Assembly (NCBI GenBank): GCA_016839745.1
Contig: JAEOTS010000044.1
Span: 1-64,000 of the forward strand
Direction: 5' to 3'
Origin: Promethearchaeota archaeon
Lineage (GTDB): Archaea; Asgardarchaeota; Lokiarchaeia; Sigyniarchaeales; SOKP01
Length of the DNA: 64,000 nucleotides
The stretch's first letter is position 1; each line of letters opens with the position of its first letter. This document shows positions 38,895 to 48,079 of the stretch, piece by piece. Made by a program: the position numbers and the translations under genes. Below the pieces are notes generated by a model that saw nothing but the letters and a program-made list of their open reading frames with translations, was not told where the DNA came from and did no database searches.

Positions 38895-40313
38895 TTATTC
38901 AAATTTTGGTCTTCGATCTTGCCAAGGAGCAATTTCTTCAAAAGCTTTTGAAACTTGGAGTACCGTTAAATCATCAAATCTCTTTCCAACAATCTGCAAT
39001 CCAATTGGTAATCCCTCACTAGACCATCCACAAGGGACCGTAGCTGCAGGAAGTCCTGTTAAATTAAAAGCTGCTGAAAAAGGCATCCATGCCGTTGGTG
39101 AAACCATTTTTCCATCAATTTTTGTTGGAAAAGAAATTCCTAATTCAAATGCAGGCAATGCTGTTGTTGGTGTCAGCAATAGATCGTAGTTTTTAAAGTA
39201 CTGATGAAACTTTTCAAATATAATTTTTCGACGAGCTATTGATCTTGCAAAATCGGCCCCAGTAGCTTCTACTCCCGCTTCAACTGCCTTTACCAGATCG
39301 GGATGCATATTATCCCTCCATTCCTTTAATTTAGATCCCAAATCATATCCATATAAGACTGTGTGATATGTTAAAAGCATTCGTTCTGGATTTTTGATCT
39401 TAAATTTAGCGGGTTCAACACTCCATCCAAATTCCTCAAATTTTTGAACAGAATTCAAGAATTTTTCTTGAACATCTGAATCAATAACTTTAGCAAATCC
39501 TAAATCTTGAGAATACCCGATTTTCAATTGCTTTGGTTTTTCTTCAAGTTCTTCTGAATAATTAATATTTTGATCTGGCAAAGAATACATATCGCCATAA
39601 TGTGGTCCTTTTATAGCATCCAACATCAAAGCGGCATCCTTCACATATCTTACAATTGGACCATAATGAATTAATGATTCAAGATGTACCCCTGATACAG
39701 GATATACTGGAACTCTTCCAAAACTTGGTTTAATACCATAAACCCCACAAAAACAGGAAGGTGTTCTAATTGAACCTCCACCATCAGCACCTAAAGCTAG
39801 ATATCCTATACCAGAAGCTATAGAGGCTGCTGCGCCACCACTAGAACCCCCCGAAGTTCTTTCCAAATTCCAAGGATTTCGAGTTTCTCCAAAAATTAGA
39901 TTGTTAGTTACAGCTATAAATCCGAATGGGCTCATATTCGTTTTACCTAGGATGACAGCACCAGCATTTTTTAATCTTTCTACACAGGCATCATCTTCAT
40001 CTGGTATATTATGTTCATATAATTTTGATCCGAAAGTTGTTCTTATACCTTTAATTGGCATTTCATCTTTAATTGAAGTGGGGATTCCATGTAAAGTTCC
40101 TAATTTTTCACCATTTTTAACTGCTTTATCGGCATTTTTAGCTCGTTCTCTAGCCCACTCAAATGTAGGTGTACAATACGCATTTATTATCGGATTGATC
40201 TTTTCAAATCTTTCAATAACAATCTCCGTAATTTCCTGGGATGATAATTCTTGAGTTTTGATTTTTTCTCGCATCTCATATGCTGACATAAAACAGATAT
40301 CTTCTTTATTCAT
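38895..40313 (-). CDS. amidase signature family protein
   Basis: KD, GKTN, GGSSGG, DGGGSIRTP. Confidence 0.9.
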   Translation of the reverse strand: MNKEDICFMSAYEMREKIKTQELSSQEITEIVIERFEKINPIINAYCTPTFEWARERAKNADKAVKNGEKLGTLHGIPTSIKDEMPIKGIRTTFGSKLYEHNIPDEDDACVERLKNAGAVILGKTNMSPFGFIAVTNNLIFGETRNPWNLERTSGGSSGGAAASIASGIGYLALGADGGGSIRTPSCFCGVYGIKPSFGRVPVYPVSGVHLESLIHYGPIVRYVKDAALMLDAIKGPHYGDMYSLPDQNINYSEELEEKPKQLKIGYSQDLGFAKVIDSDVQEKFLNSVQKFEEFGWSVEPAKFKIKNPERMLLTYHTVLYGYDLGSKLKEWRDNMHPDLVKAVEAGVEATGADFARSIARRKIIFEKFHQYFKNYDLLLTPTTALPAFELGISFPTKIDGKMVSPTAWMPFSAAFNLTGLPAATVPCGWSSEGLPIGLQIVGKRFDDLTVLQVSKAFEEIAPWQDRRPKFE

Positions 40314-40517
40314 AGTTTTTACCTCAATAGAATTAATATAGATATATTATTGATTATTTGAAGGATCTAATATAAATTAATATCTTTGTTTAGTAAAACA
40401 AATGTAAAAATCCAAAATTAAATTTTTAAGTTTAGAAAAACTATTAATTTACAATTTATTATTAATGTTATTCTGTGGTAGTTCACATAGAATCTAAAAG
40501 CAACTTTTGATGTAAAA

Positions 40518-41213
40518 GTGAGAAAAAAACATAAGATCTTCTGTATAATCGGTCTATTCTATTTTTGTATATTCATTTCGTGCTTTAACTTAAATACTAA
40601 AGCACAGGATGAGGAGGATGACATCTATTCGGTAGGCTTTACTGAAGGAACTGAACTAATTTGGGAGGTAGCAGAATTAAATTTAATGAGTTTCAGAGAA
40701 ATTTTTGGATTTGAACCAAATTTTGAAATAGGAGATCAAAATAGAATGATCATAAGAGCAATTACTAGTTCCACAATTTATTGGTTAATAGAAATAGAAT
40801 TTTGGGACTATAAAGATGATTGGGGTTTAAGTGGAAGAACACTGACTCTAAGGATGGGAAAAAGGCCCATTTATTACCAAGATTATGTATTTAGCCTTTT
40901 TCCAGTTGAACAATATTTAGAAGAAACTATAGCATTATTACCTTCTGATTATTATAGAATGGGATTTTCCATATTCAAGCAAGGAAAAAGTGATACTGGC
41001 TTTGATTATTTGTGGAAAAAGGAATATGATTCTAGGGGAATTCTAATAACTGAGACTTTTTATGATGAATTTGATGAAGTTATTGTGAGATTGGAAGGGA
41101 CTTTTCGATTTATACCTTTTGGAACAACATTTATCGGGTTTACATTGTTAGCAACTACAGCTATAATAATTGTTATGATGAAAAAGAAAAACTTTAGAAT
41201 TAAAATGGTGTAA
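40518..41213 (+). CDS. secreted protein with C-terminal membrane anchor
   Basis: Signal peptide; C-terminal IPFG + TM helix + KKK. Confidence 0.7.
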   Translation: MRKKHKIFCIIGLFYFCIFISCFNLNTKAQDEEDDIYSVGFTEGTELIWEVAELNLMSFREIFGFEPNFEIGDQNRMIIRAITSSTIYWLIEIEFWDYKDDWGLSGRTLTLRMGKRPIYYQDYVFSLFPVEQYLEETIALLPSDYYRMGFSIFKQGKSDTGFDYLWKKEYDSRGILITETFYDEFDEVIVRLEGTFRFIPFGTTFIGFTLLATTAIIIVMMKKKNFRIKMV

Positions 41214-41252
41214 TCTTCATCATATTGATTAGAAAATTTGATTGGTAATAAA

Positions 41253-41660
41253 TTAAAATTTATAATCTTTTTGCCATTGTTTATACCCAATTTGCCAAAG
41301 TTTTAGTCTAGGTTTATTTACTTTACTATCCACTTCAATTCCGGATTGAGGATTGGCCATAACTTTATGATAACGCTCAAAATATTCCTCAGCACTTGAA
41401 GTCTCTTCAATCATACTTAAAATAGCTTTTTCTGTAAAAAAAAGGATTAAATCTGGTTTAATTTCAGGCTTATTTTTTGTCATCTCTAGCGAATTTTCAT
41501 TCTTTTTGAATAAATAGAAGTTTAATTTGATATGGGTGTCATCAGTGGAATGTTCAGTAATACGGTACTCCCAACAGGCATTTATGTGTAGATGCCTCAT
41601 TAAATCCAATTGTTTAGAAAAAAACCCTTTTAATTTTGTGTACAATTCTTTAGTTTCCAT
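41253..41660 (-). CDS. hypothetical protein, SCP2-like; paralog of 43215..43694
   Basis: PDLIL.F.EKAI..I...EY...IGY pattern shared with 43215..43694. Confidence 0.6.
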   Translation of the reverse strand: METKELYTKLKGFFSKQLDLMRHLHINACWEYRITEHSTDDTHIKLNFYLFKKNENSLEMTKNKPEIKPDLILFFTEKAILSMIEETSSAEEYFERYHKVMANPQSGIEVDSKVNKPRLKLWQIGYKQWQKDYKF

Positions 41661-41672
41661 CGTATGTAAAAT

Positions 41673-43166
41673 TCATTTTATCTTCTCTAAATTCAGTGGA
41701 GTACCGTCATAAATGTATTTTCCATAAACTAACTCTTGAGGATAATATTTGCAACCTGCAGGATAAGCAGAATCTTTAATTCCTCCTAAAGAGACCGTAA
41801 TATCAACAAGCATTGGTCTTGCGTTAATATAAATGTTTGCAGCTTCTAATTCATTCTTAAAAACTTCAATATTGTTCAAGTTTGAAGTGTAAACTACTGC
41901 TCTCATACCATAATTACTTGCATTTGCTAACCTTATTGCTTCCTTCATGTCCTTAGCTTTAGTAATAGAACGAACAGGCCCAAAAGCTTCTTCTCTCCAC
42001 AAAAATGGAGCCTTGGATAAATCTTCACACAATTCGGGATTAATTTCAACCAGAGTCGGCGTATAAAATAATCCATAGTCTTCTCCGGTATCAATTTTTT
42101 CACCGCCAGTATATATTTGGGCGTTATATTTCTTCGCATCTTCGACCATTACATCCATCATCATCAGGATTTTTCTACTTCCTAAAGGACCAATATCGAC
42201 ATCTGGATCGGTGGGATCCCCATATTTTAATTCCTCAATTTCTTTTATTAAACATTCGGTATATTCATCATATATATCTTGGTGGACTATTATTCGCTTC
42301 ATAGAGAAACATTGTTGACCGGAATTAGTATAACTAGCCATTGCATTCCATTTTGCTACTTGTTCTATATTAACATCATTCATAACTAAACCTGCGTCGT
42401 TTCCAGCACACTCAAAAAAGAAGTTCTTAAATGGTTGAGTATACATTGAGACACCCATTGATTTATCGACGGTTTTTTTTAAAAATTTACCATATCTTAC
42501 TAAAATATCTTTTGCTGTATGAGATGATGTAATCGTCATTATTGTTTTTACTAATGGAGATTTGATAAATTCATCAACTGCCCATTCTCCAGGAGCTATG
42601 ACCAAATCTAAGGCTTCAAGAGCAGGAAAGTCCATTTCTTCCATCATAGAATAAGCTTCTAGCATCGTTAAAGGGCATGCGGTAGATGGTTTTACTATAG
42701 CAGGGTTTCCAACTAAGTAATTTGCACCTAGTTGATAGAGTGGAAGACTTATAGGTGTATTGCGAGGAGAGAGACAGGCAGCCAAACCGTGTGGAATTTG
42801 TCTTATTCTAACGAGTTGTTCTCCTTCTATACTAGTTAGAGGTTTTTCTTCTAAAAATTGATAATACCAATCACAAAATTTGAAACCATTAGTTACTACA
42901 TTTAATTCCCATTCAGAATACTTGATTGGTAATCCTCCTTCAGCTACAATCAAATCCTTCAATTTATTTTTATTAAATCGCAATTTGCTAGCAAACTTTG
43001 AGAGAAGTTGAGCTCGTTCAAAAAAATCCATTTCCTTTAATAAATCCTGATTTCTGTGAACTTTTTTAATTTTTTCGTTAACGGTTTTTATTGTATCGGC
43101 AGTTACAGTTCTTATAACTTCCCCTGTGAACTTATCTTTAATCTTTAAGTCTTGAGATTTTGACAT
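41673..43166 (-). CDS. aldehyde dehydrogenase family protein
   Basis: VKPS, FECAGND (Glu), NSGQQC (Cys), EEAFGPV, AN.S.YG. Confidence 0.88.
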   Translation of the reverse strand: MSKSQDLKIKDKFTGEVIRTVTADTIKTVNEKIKKVHRNQDLLKEMDFFERAQLLSKFASKLRFNKNKLKDLIVAEGGLPIKYSEWELNVVTNGFKFCDWYYQFLEEKPLTSIEGEQLVRIRQIPHGLAACLSPRNTPISLPLYQLGANYLVGNPAIVKPSTACPLTMLEAYSMMEEMDFPALEALDLVIAPGEWAVDEFIKSPLVKTIMTITSSHTAKDILVRYGKFLKKTVDKSMGVSMYTQPFKNFFFECAGNDAGLVMNDVNIEQVAKWNAMASYTNSGQQCFSMKRIIVHQDIYDEYTECLIKEIEELKYGDPTDPDVDIGPLGSRKILMMMDVMVEDAKKYNAQIYTGGEKIDTGEDYGLFYTPTLVEINPELCEDLSKAPFLWREEAFGPVRSITKAKDMKEAIRLANASNYGMRAVVYTSNLNNIEVFKNELEAANIYINARPMLVDITVSLGGIKDSAYPAGCKYYPQELVYGKYIYDGTPLNLEKIK

Positions 43167-43214
43167 AATTCTGATTTAAGTCTATTTTTTAATTTTCTAA
43201 TTTAAAAGAAATTT

Positions 43215-43694
43215 TTAAAGGTTTATTATACTACCATCATCTTCGAGGATTCCTGCAGTTTGAGCGAATTTTCCATATCCCATTTCAATTATTTTCTGAG
43301 TTCTTTCAAATAACATAAAATCTATCCATCCATTTTGCTCATTGGGTTCATTATAAAAGGAACCAAGAAGTTGCGCATATTCTACATTATCGTTTGTTTT
43401 TATTAACTTCTCTACCGCTTGTACTGAGAGAGCTAGTTCCAAATCAGGATTGTTTGCTTTCCCTGATTTTATTTCAATTCCTTCACCATTCCGGTACACA
43501 TTAAATACATCTATAGGAGTTCTCGCATCATATGATTCAATTGTGTCATATATAGCAAAATCAAAATGGGAACCAGAAATCAAATCAGCAAATATCTCAG
43601 GATATTGTGCTAGAAATGTGGTGTATTTTTTTGCTAATTCTGTTTTGCACGCTTCTATATCGATAATTTGACTTGTTAATTCATCTTTTAACAT
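43215..43694 (-). CDS. hypothetical protein, SCP2-like
   Basis: G.ANNPDLEL.LS..AV..LI...EY...MGY. Confidence 0.6.
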   Translation of the reverse strand: MLKDELTSQIIDIEACKTELAKKYTTFLAQYPEIFADLISGSHFDFAIYDTIESYDARTPIDVFNVYRNGEGIEIKSGKANNPDLELALSVQAVEKLIKTNDNVEYAQLLGSFYNEPNEQNGWIDFMLFERTQKIIEMGYGKFAQTAGILEDDGSIINL

Positions 43695-43712
43695 ACTTTT
43701 TGTAATCTTATA

Positions 43713-44711
43713 TTATTTTTTTCCTTCTTCATTATATTCTTTATACCACTTAATTGTTTCTTCTAAACCTTCTCTTAACGGAGTAATCTTATAACCAAAT
43801 TTATTAATGGCTTTTTTTGAAGAATAAGATCTATGATATTTAATTGCTCTAAGTGTAGGTCGTGTTAGAAAGGGGGTTTTCTTATTGAACCATGCTTTGA
43901 CTTCCAATAACCATGCATATGTCATCGCAATCGGAAACGGAAACTTTCTTGCTTTTTTATTTCTACTAATTTTGGCAATTAAATCAAGATATTCTTTAAA
44001 TCTAACATTTTCGCCCCCAAGAATAAAATCCTCTCCAAAAAGATCTTCTCTGTTTAATACATCTGTTAAAGCGTTTGATATGTCGTAAACATATGTTAAA
44101 CAAGTCATAGAGTCTCCCTTTCCAGGGCAAGCACCCAATGGAAAAAGTTTTCCCCTCATGATATCAAAGAGCATTCTGCCAAATACATTAAAGTCTTCTG
44201 GACCGTATACAATTCCAGGATAGAAAATCATAACTTTCAATCCTTTTGGTATTAATTCTTTAACATTTTTCTTCGCTTGACATTTAGACTTCTCATATTC
44301 CATACAAAAAGTCTCATTTTCGTGAGTTTCATCAACTGGTTCTGGAGGAGTAGGCCCTAGTGCTGTAAAGGAACTAACATAAAATAACTTCAAATTGTTT
44401 TGAAGAGCGATATTAGCGACATTTTCTGTCCCCTTTACATTAACATCATGGTAAATTGAATTGTCTTTAGCCCATATCCCTGTGTAAGCTGCAAGATGGT
44501 AAATGGCACTAACGTTATTCACAGCCTTTTCCAAACTGCTAAAATCTAGGAGATCGCCAATAATATATTCAACATTTTTAAGATCTTTAAAGTAATTAGT
44601 ATTACTACTCTCTCTTACCAGTAGTTTTAAACTATGTCCTGAATCGTGCAATTTTTTAACCAAAGCTTTCCCGATAAATCCAGTACCGCCAGTTACGAGT
44701 ATATTCGTCAT
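43713..44711 (-). CDS. NAD-dependent epimerase/dehydratase (extended SDR, DFR/HpnA-like)
   Basis: VTGGTGFIG, YHLAA, YEKSK; start MTNILV at 44711. Confidence 0.9.
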   Translation of the reverse strand: MTNILVTGGTGFIGKALVKKLHDSGHSLKLLVRESSNTNYFKDLKNVEYIIGDLLDFSSLEKAVNNVSAIYHLAAYTGIWAKDNSIYHDVNVKGTENVANIALQNNLKLFYVSSFTALGPTPPEPVDETHENETFCMEYEKSKCQAKKNVKELIPKGLKVMIFYPGIVYGPEDFNVFGRMLFDIMRGKLFPLGACPGKGDSMTCLTYVYDISNALTDVLNREDLFGEDFILGGENVRFKEYLDLIAKISRNKKARKFPFPIAMTYAWLLEVKAWFNKKTPFLTRPTLRAIKYHRSYSSKKAINKFGYKITPLREGLEETIKWYKEYNEEGKK

Positions 44712-44856
44712 TATTAGAAATATCCTAGTGCATATCAGTCTTAAATAAAAGAGAATCATTAAATCTTGTTTTTAAAACTTTTAAAACAATTAATAGTATT
44801 AAAATAAGAGAAGTCTAGGAAGTTAGACAAACAAGTAGTAAATTCAAAAAGAAATT

Positions 44857-45720
44857 TTATTGCCCAATCCATGAGATAATATATTTTAGTTCCTTAGGTC
44901 GAGTAATATTTGGTTCTTTAAACTCCCATTCTCCTTTCATTCCGAGTTCTTTAGCACTTAAATCAAAATGACACACAGCTATCCCAATATCCAAACGAAC
45001 AAATTGATTATAGGGTTTCGATTTTTTATCCTCTGAAAATTTTACATAGAAATGAAATATGTTCTGTTTATTTTCTTTTAGTATTCTCCAAGGTTGTTTA
45101 TTTCCCGCTGATGGACCAATTCTAACCATTTCGAGTATTGTTTTATAATTACCAATTTCATCTTGTTCAATCTGAGAATTAAAATCTCCGCTAAAAAATA
45201 TTAGCTCCCAAGGTTTTCTTATTTTAGCTTTAGCTATCGATCGAATAAATTTTTCTTTCAATCTTCTAGTAGCGGGATATCCTACAGGGCTTACAGCGGG
45301 AATTCTTTCGTCACTTTTAAGCTGGATAAATTCTGAAAATTGAGACCGGTTAAATGTTCCCCCTAACCAACATGTTCCCAAATTCAAGTCAGTAGCTGCC
45401 AATATTATAGCTTCAAAAATATAACCATAATTTTCGAGATTGTATTCCGCTATGTCAGTAGCTCCAGCGATGAATTCTTGAGCACCTTTAATAAATCCGT
45501 ATGTGCCAATTTTAACATTTTCTTCAGGATTAAAATCTGGAATACTTATTAATTGGAATCGAGGATTTCCACCTTGACTTTTAAAAGGACTATCAATTTC
45601 ATTTAATCCTAAAATCTGCTCTAGATCATTTCTTAGGTTGTTAACCATTGCTTTATTCAAAAATGTTCTCCTGGAAGTGCGTTCTTTTATTACTTCAATA
45701 ACTGATTTTGAAAATTGCAT
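44857..45720 (-). CDS. nitroreductase family protein (two-domain)
   Basis: RTSRRTF, LGTCWLGG, PSAGNKQPW, D.GIA.CHF. Confidence 0.88.
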   Translation of the reverse strand: MQFSKSVIEVIKERTSRRTFLNKAMVNNLRNDLEQILGLNEIDSPFKSQGGNPRFQLISIPDFNPEENVKIGTYGFIKGAQEFIAGATDIAEYNLENYGYIFEAIILAATDLNLGTCWLGGTFNRSQFSEFIQLKSDERIPAVSPVGYPATRRLKEKFIRSIAKAKIRKPWELIFFSGDFNSQIEQDEIGNYKTILEMVRIGPSAGNKQPWRILKENKQNIFHFYVKFSEDKKSKPYNQFVRLDIGIAVCHFDLSAKELGMKGEWEFKEPNITRPKELKYIISWIGQ

Positions 45721-45797
45721 TATCTTATATCTTAATTTAATTACTATTGTTTTCACTAAGGTTTGTAGTTTAATAACCTTAATTTTTATAATTTAAA

Positions 45798-46130
45798 CTA
45801 ATCTGGAAAACATTTATTTACTTTAATTAGTGCATGTCTCAGATATTGCTTCATAAAATGCCTTTCACTATTACAATACTCCAATTTTTGGGTATTTGTT
45901 AATTCGTTATAATTTTCTAAAAGCGAATGAACATCGTGAATCATAACCAAATATTCATTTTTTGCAGCGTCACACTTCTGAATTAATAAATCATCGTTTA
46001 TTAGGGGAGTAACTATAGGATTTCCATTTTGAAATTCTCCATTATTGATTAAGGGAGTAGTCTCAACAAGTTCTCTTTCAGATAATTTATTTACTTCTGA
46101 ATTATTAATAAAGCCTTTTGAAATGAATAT
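45798..46130 (-). CDS. possible 110-aa hypothetical ORF with ATA start
   Basis: Stop-free frame IFISKGFINNSEV...KCFPD in AT-rich DNA; no ATG/GTG/TTG near the 5' end. Confidence 0.35.
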   Translation of the reverse strand: MFISKGFINNSEVNKLSERELVETTPLINNGEFQNGNPIVTPLINDDLLIQKCDAAKNEYLVMIHDVHSLLENYNELTNTQKLEYCNSERHFMKQYLRHALIKVNKCFPD

Positions 46131-46238
46131 TCATCTCGGAGAATTTTCAAATTAATGAAAATAAACCAAAATGCCTATTTAAAAAAAAAGCCTCTTTAAG
46201 TTTAGTAAAATTAAGATAAGATTAATTATTCAAGATGG

Positions 46239-46376
46239 ATTTTAGATCTTGAAGTATGGTTAAATGTAAGAGGCCATGGTTTAGTTGGTGTTGAAGATTG
46301 TTATCGAGTGACGGAATCTGGTACAGAAAGACTTTTCAAACTTGATAGGGAAATTGTAATTAAGAAAGGCGATTAA
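46239..46376 (+). pseudogene. 3' remnant of an M24 (Xaa-Pro-like) peptidase gene
   Basis: ILDLEVWLNVRGHGLVGVEDCYRVTESGTERLFKLDREIVIK matches the C-terminus of 51243..52367; in-frame stop upstream and no start. Confidence 0.8.
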
Positions 46377-46379
46377 TAA

Positions 46380-47159
46380 ATGCGATTAAAAGATAAAATT
46401 GTTGTATTGACTGGAGCAGCATCGGGAATTGGCAGAGCTACAGCAAGATTATTTGCTAAAGAAGGTGCGATCCAGGTTCTTTCGGATAATGATGAAGAGA
46501 ATCTAAATGAAACTTATAAGCTTATTAATAACGATGCAAAAGAAAGAACGAAGATAACCGTTGTTGATGTAAGGAAACAAAATGAAGTAAAATCGATGAT
46601 TAACCTAGCTATTGAAAAATATGGAAGAATTGATGTTTTAATTGTAAATGCGGGAGTTGTTAGAGTGGGTGATGTCGAAACTTTTCCCGACTCGGATTAT
46701 GATTTACTCATTGATGTAAATATCAAAGGAACTCATTACACATGTAAATACGCGGTTCCCTATTTTAAAAAGCAAGGATATGGATCAATTATTACGCTAG
46801 CTTCAGTTGCTGCCCATATAGGTCAAACTGCCCATGCGAATTATTGTTCAACAAAAGCTGCAGTATTAGGCTACACTAGAGCGTTGGCTTTAGATTTAGC
46901 ACCATATAATGTTCGAGTGAATAGTGTAAGCCCAGGAGCAACTGACACACCAATGCTTCAGAGTGATGTCGCAAAACAGGCTAAAGATAGAGGATTAATG
47001 TATGAAGAAGTTAAAAGGGAATTTGAAGAAGAAGGTGTTATGGGAAGATGGGCAACTCCAGAAGAAATTGCCACGGGAATTCTATTTTTAGCTACTGAAG
47101 AATCTAGTTATATGACTGGAGCAGATTTGAGATTAGATGGTGGCTGGACTACCAGATAA
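46380..47159 (+). CDS. short-chain dehydrogenase/reductase
   Basis: TGAASGIG, VNAG, YCSTK, VNSVSPG, DGG. Confidence 0.92.
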   Translation: MRLKDKIVVLTGAASGIGRATARLFAKEGAIQVLSDNDEENLNETYKLINNDAKERTKITVVDVRKQNEVKSMINLAIEKYGRIDVLIVNAGVVRVGDVETFPDSDYDLLIDVNIKGTHYTCKYAVPYFKKQGYGSIITLASVAAHIGQTAHANYCSTKAAVLGYTRALALDLAPYNVRVNSVSPGATDTPMLQSDVAKQAKDRGLMYEEVKREFEEEGVMGRWATPEEIATGILFLATEESSYMTGADLRLDGGWTTR

Positions 47160-47196
47160 AACTTTTTTATATTTTTATTTTTCATGCCGAATGTAA

Positions 47197-47943
47197 TCAC
47201 ATTGTCATTCCACCGTCAATGGATAGACTAATACCCGTTGAAAATTCATTTAAGGCTAGAAATAATACCCCTTCCGCGATTTCCTCAGGGGTACCAAGTC
47301 TTTTCAATTTTTGTCTAGCTATAAATTGGTTTCTAGCTTCTTCAGGATCTTCATATTTGGATAACCTATTTGCTAGAGAAGGTGTATCTGTTGTTCCAGG
47401 ACAAATGGCATTAACACGTATGTTGTCTTCAAGATAGTCAGCTGCCATAGCGCGTGTTAATGATAACACAGCTCCTTTAGAGGCAGTATATGCTGCTCTA
47501 TTGGCAACCCCCTTGAAGGCTACTGAAGAAGAATTATTTATTATTGTCCCTTTCGATTTTTTTAAATGAGGAACAGCATATTTTGAGACGAGATAAATTC
47601 CCCGTACGTTAACCGCCATTGTTCGATCCCAATCTTCAGTTGAAATGGCATCAACACTTCCAGGAAGAACGATACCGGCATTATTGAATAAAATATCTAT
47701 ATCTCCATAAATTTCTATAGTTTTTTCAATTAATCGTCTTGCTTCCTCTTCTATGGAAATGTCAGCTTGAACAAATATTGCTTCTCCTCCAGATAATTTA
47801 ATTTCTGCTACAACATGCTTAGCGGACGGGGATAATGAATTACAACACACTTTTGCGCCCTCCTTCGCAAAAAGGAGAGCGGTTGCCTCACCAATACCGG
47901 CTCCAGCTCCCGTAATTACGGCAATTTTCCCTTTTAATTTCAT
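47197..47943 (-). CDS. short-chain dehydrogenase/reductase (keto-deoxy sugar-acid dehydrogenase-like)
   Basis: TGAGAGIG, NNAG, YTASK, VNAICPGT.DTP. Confidence 0.92.
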   Translation of the reverse strand: MKLKGKIAVITGAGAGIGEATALLFAKEGAKVCCNSLSPSAKHVVAEIKLSGGEAIFVQADISIEEEARRLIEKTIEIYGDIDILFNNAGIVLPGSVDAISTEDWDRTMAVNVRGIYLVSKYAVPHLKKSKGTIINNSSSVAFKGVANRAAYTASKGAVLSLTRAMAADYLEDNIRVNAICPGTTDTPSLANRLSKYEDPEEARNQFIARQKLKRLGTPEEIAEGVLFLALNEFSTGISLSIDGGMTM

Positions 47944-48079
47944 TTTTTTTTACTTTAAGTTTTGAATAAGTAGAGATTAATTTTTTTAAAATCAATTAAA
48001 ATTTGATTTTTATTTCATAAAACTTTAATGAAAAGAGAGTAATTTATTGATAAGAACTCATAATGCTAATTTGATTTAG

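Noticed and set aside
38895-40313. Amidase as gatA
   Set aside because: No gatB/gatC nearby and it lacks GatA-specific C-terminal motifs; treated as a generic amidase
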